64,000 nt of DNA from Eledone cirrhosa (Eukaryota). Location: assembly GCA_964016885.1 (NCBI GenBank), contig OZ024746.1:62558001-62622000 (forward strand), written 5' to 3'. Position 1 is the first letter of the stretch, and each line of letters begins with the position of its first letter. The notes beneath the pieces are model-generated. The model saw nothing but the letters and a program-made list of their open reading frames with translations, searched no databases and was not told where the DNA came from. Below are positions 1 through 11,482 of this stretch, piece by piece. Position numbers and translations under genes: made by a program.

Positions 1-19
1 TAAATTGTGGTGATGTTAT

Positions 20-662
20 AGTGGCAAGTGGTGGTGGTGGTAGTGTAGTGGTGGTAGTATTTTAGTGGTGGGTGGTGGTGTTGGTGTTGGTGTTACAGTG
101 GCTAGTGGTGGTGGTGGTGTGTTACAGTGGCTGGTGGTGGTGTTGGTGTTACAGTGGTTGGTGGTGGTGGTGTGTTACAGTGGCTGGTGGTGTGTTACAG
201 TGGCTGGTGGTGGTGTTGGTGTTGGTGTTACAGTGGCTAGTGGTGGTTGGTGGTGGTGTGTTACAGTGGCTGGTGGTGGTGTTGGTGTTACAGTGGCTAG
301 TGGTGTTGGTGTTACAGTGGTTAGTGGTGGTGGTGTTAGTGGCTGGTGGTGGTGGTGGTGGTGGTGTTGGTGTTACAGTGGTTAGTGGTGGTGGTGTTGG
401 TGTTACAGTGGCTAGTGGTGGTGGTGTTACAGTGGTTAGTGGTGGTGTTGGTGTTACAGTGGTTAGTGGTGGTGGTGTTGGTGTTACAGTGGCTAGTGGT
501 GGTGGTGGTGGTGTTACAGTGGCTAGTGGTGGTGGTGGTGTGTTACAGTGGTTAGTGGTGGTGGTGTTGGTGTTAGTGGCTAGTGGTGGTGGTGGTGTGT
601 TACAGTGGCTGGTGGTGGTGCTGGTGTTACAGTGGCCGGTGGTGGTGTTACAGAGGTGATGG
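20..662. repeat. Compound minisatellite (GGTGTTACAGTGGYTRGT + (GGT)n)
   Basis: Repeated GTGTTACAGTGG core separated by variable GGT runs; the ORFs here are poly-Val/Gly/Thr artefacts. Confidence 0.95.
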
Positions 663-1163
663 TGGTGGCAACATGTAATTGATGGGTATATCATCATCAT
701 CAACATCATCTATGAAATACATATTTCCTTGTTGTTGATAGGATGATATACACATCTTCTGGTGAGGATATAGACCCAAAAAATCAATTAAAGATGTTTA
801 CCATTTTTTTTTTTTCAATTTACAGAGAAATTTGTATTTTCTGGCAGTTTGCATGACTATATATTAGATAAGTTTATACATGCTGGTGCAGTCTCGGTTA
901 CACACTCTGTATTTATACAGATATAACTTTATCATGCACTTTGGCTGCTTTTGCACTTCTTACCACATATATATGTGTGCGTGTGTGTGTGTGCGCGCGC
1001 TCACATTTTAATTTACCTTTCCAATTATTATGTATTTTCTACACTTTTCGTAGTGGTTCTCTGCCCCTCGTAATTCAAAACATACTCTTTTGTATGTTCT
1101 TCTCTATATATTATATTAATTACAGGGGATTAACGCGAGTCTTTAACTCAGTTTTTTTTCATT

Positions 1164-1207
<44 letters not shown>

Positions 1208-1211
1208 GAGG

Positions 1212-1668
1212 GCTTGCCAAACAAAGAACATGACAGCCTCTCTCTAGTGTTTGGTGATCTATATAATAAACACACCCAGTACACGCTGTAAAGTGGTTGG
1301 TGATAGGAAGGGCATCCAGCCATAGAAAACTTCTTAGACAAAGAGTTGGGAGGACCCTTCAGCCATAACAGTTTCTTTTGTGCTGGTGATCTACACAATA
1401 AATGACCCCAGTATATGTTCTAAAGTGATTCATGATAGAAAGGTATCCAGCCATAGAGAACTTGCTAAACAAAGGGTTGAGAGGAGCCTTAGTTGTGTCA
1501 TAGACAAGACGACCTCTCTTGTGCACTCGATAGAATGTGTGACTGTACATAAGTGAGCCAAAAATCCCTGGCCTGTCTGAGAGATCAGTAAATCTGCTTC
1601 TGTAGACTTGGTCAATATAGACCCATCTAACTCTTGCTAGCTGGGAAATCAGATGTTAAAACAACGAT
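1212..1668 (+). mobile_element. Non-autonomous RTE-tailed retroelement with internal ~120-bp tandem units
   Basis: Repeated CAAACAAAG...GGTGATAGGAAGGGCATCCAGCCATAGAAAAC units and an RTE-like tail CCATCTAACTCTTGCTAGC...GATGTTAAAACAACGATG; related copies at 4050-4515 (+) and 24115-24270 (-). Confidence 0.6.
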
Positions 1669-1778
1669 GTTTTAAATACGCATACATATGTGTGTGTGTG
1701 TGTGTCTGTGTAAAACATCATTGTTTATATATCATCATCACCGTTTTACGCCCATTCTTCCACGCTAGCATGGGTTAG

Positions 1779-1827
<49 letters not shown>

Positions 1828-2550
1828 TTGCGTGTATATGCCTGTGTACATGTATGTATAAGTAGTAGTTGTTTGAAAAGTGAAACACTTCAAGTCTATT
1901 GCCGGAGGCTGACCTGGAGACTCTTTAAACACTTTCTCAACTGTTAAAATTATAATATGATTTCCAAAATAAACAGAAGATTTCAAGATCAACAACCTCT
2001 CAATTACACAATTGAGCTGGAAAGTAATTCACACCACTAACATCACTACTACTGCTATATCCAATACAACAACTGCAACATCCAACACCACTACACCCAA
2101 CATCACGGCTACATCCAACACGACCACTACTATATCCACCACCACCACTGCCAGAAGTTCTTATTTAAGAACTTCTGTCTACAGAAGTTCTTATTTCAGG
2201 CTATAAGCTAACAGCAGGATCACCTACCTCTAAATTAGCTGATCAAAACAAACATTATACCATAACGAAAACAAAGACTGTATGGGGTCACTGAAGCTGC
2301 TACAATGGTAATAAAATCTTCCCCTATTTCATAAGCTACCATCTCAAGGGTGGGAGGTCAGAGAGGACAAGGAGTAATGTAAACTTATTCCTGATTCACA
2401 GAAAACCCCTAATAGGGTCTGAATATAATGTGTTGAAACACATCAACTGAGATTGACCAAGTAATTAGTAGACAAAAAGTAGGCAAAGTAAAGCAATATA
2501 ATGTAAGATGGTTAATAGATGTTTTGGTTAGGTTGAAAAATCAACCTAAC

Positions 2551-2779
2551 TTAACCCTTTAGCATTCACATTACTCTATATTTACTATTGTATTTTCACA
2601 GAAAAGGCTTTACCTCACGTAATTATCTCACATAGTATAGAATCTATGAGATTTTGATATTATTTATTTTGAGAACAATACCTTAATGTTAGTATGAGTG
2701 GCCGGTTATGGCCAATTTGAACAGAAAGAGGTGAGAGAATTCTGGCAGGGTATGGCCGGTTTAAATGCTAAAGGGTTAA
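2551..2779. mobile_element. piggyBac-type MITE family 1
   Basis: TTAA-CCCTTTAGCATT ... AATGCTAAAGGG-TTAA terminal inverted repeats; 9 copies in window. Confidence 0.9.
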
Positions 2780-2792
2780 TAGACAAGTCAGA

Positions 2793-3005
2793 TTAACCCT
2801 TTTGATAACAACCTGTCCAAAACTGCCTGTTGCTATGAAACAAAGCAAACCATTTTAAATGCTCCCCAGTTAAAACATTATTTTATATAAGAACATATTT
2901 TTAATGTTACAAATACCATTTTAATGAAATTATAATCGCAATAAATCCTTCATTAATTAATTAAAATACACACTGTTTTATTAGAAAATGGTAATGAAAA
3001 GGTTA
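2793..3005. mobile_element. piggyBac-type MITE family 2 (degenerate)
   Basis: TTAACCCTTTTTGATAACAACCTG start; homologous to 26148-26352 and the reverse complement of 40959-41197. Confidence 0.6.
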
Positions 3006-3461
3006 TTCAAGATTCTCTGGATGGGGAAGATTTGGGTATTTCAGTAGCAAATGAATAAATACATAAATAAATATTTATTTGTAGTATTTTTGGACAATTT
3101 ATTTTCCTTAGCATTGATTTTAATGATTCTGTAATTCAAAGGCTCAGTAAATTATGTCATAGAACATTTTTTTTTTTATGTGTGAGAAGGAAATTTGGAT
3201 GATAAATTGGTAAACAAGGGAAATACAGAAACAAAAACGGTTAAGAAACAGAATTAAACAATACAGATACATGAAAAGACACAGTGGCCATGGTTGGAAT
3301 GCTCTTGAACACGTGCTTCAATCAGAGTTAACATGGAGTTAAAAATAACAACATTTAAAGTAAAACATGCCAATCTCTACATAATTGGTTAATCTGCTGG
3401 AAATAGCAACTAAATGTCACTCTTCTATCTTAAATTTTTAATAAAAGCACATCAGATAATA

Positions 3462-3652
3462 ATTGTTTCTACTTTTGGCACAGGGCCAACAATTACTCCA
3501 GTGCATTACTGGTACTTTATTTTATCGACCCCATAAGGATGAAAGGCAAAGTTAACAGTGGGATTTGAACTCAGAACCCAAAGGCCCATAACTCTATGCT
3601 GCAAAGGCATGGTGTCTGACGCTCAACCCAATACTGCCAATCCACCACCTTT
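3462..3652 (-). mobile_element. tRNA-derived SINE family A
   Basis: On the minus strand: A-box-like TGGCAGTATTGG, B-box GAGTTCAAATCC, central GCCTTTCATCCTTAYGGGGTCGATAAAATAAAGTACCAG, tail GTGCCAAAAGTAGAAACAATTATT. Confidence 0.9.
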
Positions 3653-3925
3653 CAGATAATAATGCAGCTCGAGATGCCCATAAAATGACGGAATGATCAC
3701 AACTGATATGCTTTTCATCAAAGGTCTACTAAATCATGATAGACATAAAGCTAAGCAAATCTATAGCTGAAGTTACACTTAATTGGGTTTTTTTTAAACA
3801 ATATTTGTTTGTTTTTATTGCTGTTATTGATATTACTATTATTTAGCCCCAGGTCAGACCTGATTACACAGAATTAAGAACAAAAGTCTTCAAGGTCTGT
3901 CTGTCTGTCTGTGTCTCTGCGTGTG

Positions 3926-3961
<36 letters not shown>

Positions 3962-4049
3962 TGTGTGTAATACTGGGAGGATTCTTCTGCTGTATCAAAG
4001 GCATAACAACCTTCCTAGTGTAGGTGAACTAAATAACAACTGCTCCCAA

Positions 4050-4515
4050 TACACTGTATAATGTGGTTGGTGATAGAGAGGACATATCCAGCCATAGAAA
4101 ACCTGTCAAACAAAGAGTTGAGGAAACTCTTCAGTTGTGTCAAAGACATGACAACCTCCTTAGTGTTGGTGAAGGTTCCTCCAGGACAATCTGTAAAGTG
4201 GTCAGTGATATGAAGGTCATCTAGTTATAAAAAATGTCAAACAAAGAGTTGGAAGGACTCTTCAGTTGTGTCAAAGACATGGCAACCTCCCCAATGCTGG
4301 TGTAACAATAAAACCAACTTAGTAGAGTGTGGAAATGTACATAAGAAGATGTGGGTCCCCATCCTGTTTGAGCACTTGGTAGAGCACAGAAATGGAATTA
4401 AGCAAAATGCAGGTTTTTTTGGCTCCTTCATGGTGTCAGTAGCTCCACTTGAGTAGTGACTCTGTGAAGATTTATCTAACACTTGCTGGCAAGGAAAGCA
4501 GACGTTAAACAATAA
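4050..4515 (+). mobile_element. RTE-tailed non-autonomous element (same family as 1212-1668)
   Basis: Two TGTCAAACAAAGAGTTG...CAGTTGTGTCAAAGACATG units and tail CTTGCTGGCAAGGAAAGCAGACGTTAAAC. Confidence 0.55.
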
Positions 4516-4703
4516 TAATGAATATCCTAAATACATATCTTCAAACAATTTCCAGATGGTAGGATATGATTCAAGGGAAATCTGGCTGCTGTTTCTAACA
4601 GATCAAGAGATCTTGGGTGAAAAAAACTTGATATCTAGAAGGCAAAAGCTGTTCCGGTCAGGATTATCAAGTTTTTTTCATTTTTATTATTTCAACTATA
4701 ATA

Positions 4704-4895
4704 AGGGCAGCAGATCGGTAGAGAGTCAGACTCAATGCTTTGCAGCATAGAATTACTGCCCTTTATGATCTGAGTTCAAATCCCGCCAAGGTTAAATTTG
4801 CCTTTCATCATACAGGATCATACACCGGGGTCGATTTAATCGACTTTCCCCTCCCTCAAAAGTGCTGGCCTTGTGCCTATATAAGAAACCATTAT
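4704..4895 (+). mobile_element. SINE family A, long variant
   Basis: GGCAGCAGATCGGTAGAG...GAGTTCAAATCCCGCC...GCCTTTCATC...GTCGATTTAATCGAC...GGCCTTGTGCC. Confidence 0.85.
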
Positions 4896-6027
4896 TTCAA
4901 CTATAATGTATCTAAGAGTATATTATCCAAAGTGCCCTTCCTCTTGCAAAAAAGGGGGATGATCATTGTGCTGGTGCCACACACACATGCACACACACAC
5001 TCTCTCTCTCTCTCATACACACACTCTCCTTTACATCTACATACACTTAAAAAAAAAAAAAATTGTGCAATCACAGAGATTCCTCAGGGATCACAGTCAT
5101 ACATATGCACAAGCAGCCACACATACAAATACAGTCATACACATACGCAGTCGTACATACACACACTGTCACACACACACACACATACATACACACACCT
5201 GGGATTGATCAGGAGAGAAATCAATGGAGTAAATGAAATATTGCCAACAAGATTAGGAATTATTCTATTCCTGAAGTATTTGTTTTGTTTTCTTTTTCTT
5301 TTCTTCCTGGAAATGTTTCTCTCCTCCAATGAGAATCAGAGAAACTAGAATGGATGATTCATTTGTAAATTTTGGTCCACCGCAATTGTCATCATCACCA
5401 TCATCATCATCATCATCTTAGTCATCATTGTTGTCATTGTCTTGGTCATCACTGCAACCATCACCATCATCACTACTACTACTACTACAATTACAACCAC
5501 CACATCACCGCCACCACTGCCAACACCAACACCACTATCACCACCAACGCCACCACCACCATCACCACCACCAACACCACCACCACTATCATTATAGTCC
5601 CAAAACTAACTATATATGACAACAGATAAAAAAAAAGAGGCCTGACATAGCAAGCTGATATAGAATGTGTGTGTGTGTCAGTGTGTGAATATGTGTATGT
5701 GGATGTAAAGGAGAGTGTGTATGAGTGAATGTGTGTATGAGAGAGAGAGAGAGAGAGAGAGAGTGTGTGTGTGTGCGGCACCAGCACAATGAACAATATA
5801 CCAGAAAAATACACCTACAGGGGTCAATTAAATGGATTAAGTATACTCTTTAATTTGGTGCCCCTGTATCCACACAGTCTCATGACAAACTGGAAAAAGT
5901 AAAAGAATAGACATGCCACCAGTAAGTGACATAGTCCATGACTGGCACCTTGAAAAGATGGTACCCCTGTGAATAATATCTATTATCAAGGTGATGGAGG
6001 AATTATAGCTTACAAGATGTAACACAT

Positions 6028-6028
<1 letters not shown>

Positions 6029-6062
<34 letters not shown>

Positions 6063-6378
6063 TTTGCGTCCGCTTTTCCTTGCTTGCAAGGGTGGGACGG
6101 GAACTGATTCTGGCTTGATTTCTACAGCTGGATGCCCTTCCTAACACCAACCTCATTTACAGTGAGTGCTGGGTGCTTGTTTGCCGTGGCACCTCCACGA
6201 CCACTTTGCAGTGGAATGATATGGATCCCAGTCCCTATCATCTCATTTCTACAGCTGAGTAAACTAGAGCAATGTGAAATAAAGTGTCTTGCTCAAGGAA
6301 ACAACACATCACTCAGTCCGAGAATTGAACTCACAACCTTTCGATTGCAAGGCCAATGCTCTAACCACTAAGCCATGT
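6029..6378 (-). mobile_element. tRNA-derived SINE family B (CORE-like middle, RTE-like tail)
   Basis: Reverse complement of the 35508-35855 copy; (GAT)n tail. Confidence 0.9.
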
Positions 6379-6435
6379 ATATTCAAAATCCAAAGAGGGC
6401 TCAATAAGGATTGTGTGTGTGTGTGTGTGTGTGTA

Positions 6436-7180
6436 TCATCATCGTTTAACATCCATCTTCCACGCTAGCATGGGTTAGACGGGAGTTGTCCCAATTTAAG
6501 GCAAGGCTGGTCGTGTAGAAAACTGCCAGATAGTCTTATATGAATAAGACTATCTGGCAGTTTTCTACGCCTGGATGCCCTTCCTAACACCAACCACATT
6601 TACAGTGTGGACTGGTAACTTTTTACCGTGTTACCTACACGGTCACATTACAGCATGGACTGTGTGTTTTTTTTTGTCGTGACACCTACACGATCTCGAT
6701 CTCATTTATTTGGACTGGATGTTGTGGTACCAACTTTACAGAGAGAGGGTGGTGTTGGTGGGAGTGGGAGGATGGAGTAGGGGTAGTGGATTGGGGTGTA
6801 TATTTGGTTAAGAGGTGCCTACTGACTGTAGGTTTCGCTTTGTACATAGGCAAGGCGGGTCTTCTGTATTACTGCGTGGCGCCAAAGATCTCGGTCCAGT
6901 GACATTGTCTTAGAGAAGTGCAAGCATGTAAGGTCGGAATTTATCAAATCGTTCCAGGTTTTTCTGGGTCTACCTACTCCGTAACTTCCATTAATTTTGA
7001 TCGCCCTGCACTTTTTTATACAGCTGTCGTCTTTCATACGCATCATGTGATCATACAAACGTAGTCTTCATACAAACAGCATCTGATCCCTCTTATTCTT
7101 AATTTCTCACTTATGTTTTGCCGTTCACGTATATTACTATTACACATCCAACGGAGCATGCATGCTTCGTTCCTTTCCAG
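6436..7180 (-). mobile_element. RTE-clade LINE, 5'-truncated 3' fragment
   Basis: Encodes ...HMMRMKDDSCIKKC...GRPRKTWNDLINSDL; highly similar to 20363-21116; (GAT)n tail. Confidence 0.9.
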
Positions 7181-7398
7181 TATAAAACTGCTCTATATTA
7201 TATTTTATCTGATGAAAGCACACCATAATTTAACTTGGTGTCCTTGAAATATGTATAATGAAATAAATATGGTTTTATAAATATAGTTTCCATTTGTTAA
7301 TATATCGTATTTTTACTCCAATAATTTGTTGAGTGCTTTATATCAGTTATAAAAATATTTGCTTGTTGTATCCCAACAATTTAAATAGAACTTCTACA
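7181..7398 (+). mobile_element. Penelope-like element 3' end (pseudo-LTR) carrying a hammerhead
   Basis: Homologous to 47216-47428; contains CTGATGA...GAAA core. Confidence 0.75.
7201..7265 (+). ncRNA. Minimal type-I hammerhead ribozyme
   Basis: Stem I TATTTTAT/ATGAAATA, core CTGATGA (7209-7215), stem II AAGcACACCA/TGGTGTcCTT, GAAA, short stem III, AUA triplet. Confidence 0.8.
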
Positions 7399-7916
7399 TA
7401 TATATACCTATATATATATTTGAAAAAAAGGAAAAGAATGACTTCACTTGTAGTGTTAAAAAAATTTTTTTTTAACACTACAAATGGAAGTCATTCTTTT
7501 CCTTTTTTTCAAATATACCTAACTGTACCAAGGATCTCACACATTTTCCAATATATATACACACACACACGTAGAGCAAATATTTATTAACTTTAATCTG
7601 TACTAATAATATATCAAGAGTAAAAAGTGAGTCGTGTCTGTTCATCAAAGGGTCGTCAGACAAGAACGGATAAATATATAAATATATATTTATAGATAAA
7701 TAGATAAAGATATTACAACAAAACCAAAAGTTGCCATGCTGGCAAAAAGAAAATAAAGGAGACTGTGTTTTTGTGTAAGAGTCTGTGTGTGTGTATATAC
7801 ATATGTATACATATGTATACATATGTCTACACACACACACAGTTACATTGACAGGTGGGTAAAAAAAAAAGGTGTGAATAAATAGATTGGAATAACAGTA
7901 AGAGTCTTACAGAGAT

Positions 7917-7982
<66 letters not shown>

Positions 7983-8005
7983 CATATATATATATACATA
8001 TATAC

Positions 8006-8039
<34 letters not shown>

Positions 8040-8295
8040 GCATATATAACTGAGTATGCATTAGTTATATATATATATAGACAGAGAGAGAGAGAGAGAG
8101 AGGGGGGGAGAAAGAGAGAGCTGTATATATTTTGAAGAGACGAGAGAAAGAGAGAGAGAAGGGGGGGGAGAAAGATAGAGTGACAGGGGAAGGAAGAGAG
8201 AGAGAAAGTGGATGATGTACATCAATAACTCCAGCTGGTGACCTGCTTTCACTCCTGTCTCTATCACTCCCCCACCCCACATTAGAAGGCATCAT

Positions 8296-8367
8296 ATTAC
8301 TATGGCAACTCAGGCAACTACCCCCACCCCCACCATCACACCTTCCCTGCTACAGTTGCTAGGCAGC
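8296..8367. promoter_or_regulatory. Pair of RFX X-box-like motifs
   Basis: ATTACTATGGCAAC (8296-8309) and GTTGCTAGGCAGC (8355-8367), each one mismatch from the GTTNC-N-RGYAAC consensus. Confidence 0.45.
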
Positions 8368-8492
8368 AGGCCAGCTAGAAGTTAAGTTTGCTTTATCTAT
8401 TCAATAATAGTAATGAAATAATTGTAATGAAATAATTGTAATGAAATGGCACTTAACAACAACAAACAACCCTCCTGCAACTAAACATCACA

Positions 8493-9652
8493 ATGATGAT
8501 GATGATGATGATGATGATGATGGTGGTGGTGATGATGATGGTGGTGGTGGTGGTGATGGCAGTGGTGGTGATGACGTTCATAGTGATGATGGTGGTGGTG
8601 GTGCTGGTGGTGATGGCGGTGATTATGATGATGGTAGTAGTGATTATGACGATGGTAGTGGTAGTGATGATGGTGATGGTAGTGATGATAATGATGATGA
8701 TGGTAGAGTGATTATGGTGATGGCAGTGGTGGTGGTGGTGGTGGTGGTGGTGGTAGTAACGATGGTGATGGTGGTGGTGGTAGTGATGACGTCCATAGTG
8801 GTGGTGGTGGTGGTGGTGGTGGTAGTAACGATGGTGATGGTGGTGGTGGTAGTGATGACGTCCATAGTGGTGGTGGTGGTGGTGATGGTGGTGGTAGTAG
8901 TAATGATGGTGATTATGATGATGGTAGTAATGATTATGACAATGGTAGTGCCAGTGATGATGGTGATGGTGGTGGTGATGATGATGGTGATTGTAGTGAT
9001 TATGGTAGTGGTGGTGGTAGTGGTGATGATGATGATGATGGTAGTGATGATAATGATGATGATGGTAGTAGTGATTATGGTGATGGCAGTGGTGGTGATG
9101 ACGTCCATAGTGGTAACGATGGTGATGGTGGTGATTATGATGATGGTAGTAGTGATTATGACGATGGTAGTGGTAGTGATGATAATGATGATGATGGCAG
9201 TGGTGGTGATGACGTCCATAGTGGTGGTGGTGGTGATGGTGGTGGTGATTATGATGATGGTAGTAGTGATTATGACGATGGTAGTGGTAGTGATGATAAT
9301 GATGATGATGGCAGTGGTGGTGATGACGTCCATAGTGGTGGTGGTGGTGATGGTGGTAGTGGTAGTAATGATGGTGATTATGATGATGGTAGTAATGATT
9401 ATGACGATGGTAGTGGCAGTGATGATGGTGATGGTGGTGGTGATGATGATGGTGATTGTAGTGATTATGGTAGTGGTGGTGGTAGTGATGATGATGATGA
9501 TGATGGTAGTGATGGCAGTGGTGCTGATGACGATAGTGATGATGGTGATCGGTGGTAGTGATAATAATGGTGATGGTGGTAGTGATGATGGCGATGAAGG
9601 TGGTGGTGGTGGTAGTGACGTAGTGCTGATGTTGATGATGATGATGATGATG
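8493..9652. repeat. Compound (GGT/GAT/AGT)n trinucleotide array with internal block duplications
   Basis: Repeated GATGACGTCCATAGTGGT blocks; ORFs are poly-V/M/H/T. Confidence 0.95.
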
Positions 9653-9975
9653 AATGTTGGGCATCGGGTCTTTTATGTGTGAACACATGCACCTATGTCA
9701 GTATATATTTGTGTGTCATGCATGCATCGGATGCATACGTGCACATGTGCACATAAATGTCTGTCTGTCTGTCTGTCCATCTGTATACATGTATCAGTGT
9801 AACTGAAGAGAGAGCTGGTGTATATGAATGAAACAAGACCTTTGTTTGTGTGAATATGTAAGTGTGCAAGTGTGTGTGTATCATGTTGAAAAAAAAAAAA
9901 AAAACAGAACTTAAAGGAGAGCTTATATGTAAGCCTGTGCAACCTTGTAAATTACAAGTGAGGTTGTATTCTGTG

Positions 9976-10012
<37 letters not shown>

Positions 10013-10311
10013 ATGTTTGTATTATAAGAGTGTGTGTGTACTTGACAAAGAGGATCATGGAAGACAAAAAGCAGGATGTAGACAGGTACACTGAGGTACT
10101 GATGGGAACATGCAGAAGGAGAGAATGAAGATGTGGTGGAAAACTTGGGTGGAAGTCTATGGAAGCAAGAGAGAAGTTTGAGTGGAAGTAGTGGCAAGAT
10201 TTTGAGTGCTTGGGTGGAATTTTATTTTCATGTGTGTGTATATATATATATATATGTATGTATATATATATATGCAAAAAGTAAACATAAACAACAAAGC
10301 AAACAACACAG

Positions 10312-10410
10312 TACAATGAATAAATATATTAGTTTAATACTTGATATAGTAGGAAAGGAGTCTTTACGTTTCGGACACTAGTCCTTCATTAGAAGACAGA
10401 TTGAGAAATA
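10312..10410 (-). mobile_element. Penelope-like 3' end with minimal hammerhead-like motif (core CTAATGA)
   Basis: Minus strand GTCTT-CTAATGA-A-GGAC(TAGT)GTCC-GAAA-CGTA-AAGAC at 10397-10360; homolog at 24028-24114. Confidence 0.65.
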
Positions 10411-10724
10411 AAAGATGAAATAGAAAGAGTGAGAAGAAGAAGGAACAGAAAATAAGTTTTTGAGAAAAAAACATGAGAGAGAGAGAAGTGGGGGTACAAG
10501 TAGGGAGAATGCCCTTCATATTAGGGCTAAATGAAGCAGTAGTGGTCATAATAGTGGTCATAATTCTGGTTTAACAATATAGCCAAAGGATTATTTTTAC
10601 TAATTAGGACAACAAATAATTAAAATTCACATAATTGAAGAACAGTGTTGGTGTTTCGTGGAATTGGTGTTGTTGGTTGAATTAATGAGGTAACAAACAA
10701 CCATTACACACATGTGGCATAATA

Positions 10725-11320
10725 ACTACCACATGACATGATATGACATGTCAACCACTACATGATATGTGATATAACAACCAGTAAATGACATGGTGTG
10801 ACATATCACATAACAACCAATACATGACATGGTATGATGTGTGATATAACAACCAATACATGAAATGGTGTGACATGTGACACGACATGTGATATAACAA
10901 CCAATACATGACATGATATAACAATCAATACATGACATGGTATGACATGTGACATGACGTGATATAACAACCAATACATGACATGGTATGACATGTGACA
11001 TGACATGATACAACAACCAATACATGACATGGTATAACAATCACTATGTGACATGATATGACATGGTATATGTCAACCACTATGTGACATGGTATGACAT
11101 GTGACATAACAACCACTACATGACATGGTATGACAAAACAACCACTATGTGACATGGTATGACATGTGACATAACCACTACATGACAATCACTATGTGAC
11201 ATGGTATGATATGTGACATAACAACCACTACATGACAACCACTAGTGACATGGTATGACATGACAACCACTATGTGACATGGTATGACATGTGACATAAC
11301 AACCACTACATGATATCACA
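10725..11320. repeat. Minisatellite built from ACATG/GACATGGTAT/ACAACCA(CTA/ATA) motifs
   Basis: Directly visible tandem degenerate units. Confidence 0.9.
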
Positions 11321-11482
11321 TACTCCAGATCATGAGCAGAAAGCTACACATTTTTCAGGTGGGCTAATATATAGTTGTTAAACTGACCTCACCTCCACCT
11401 TGCTATTTAACTGGGTCTTCACTTTGCTTGTTATCACTCTCAGAAAGCAGAAAAGCAAAGATGACCCAAACAGAACCTAAAG

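Noticed and set aside
7628-7670. Possible further hammerhead (minus CTGACGA...GAAC)
   Set aside because: No stem II and no GAAA; only a short hairpin
8441-9688. ~410-aa His-rich / Val-Met-rich ORFs
   Set aside because: Trinucleotide arrays are open in several frames; no splice or domain support
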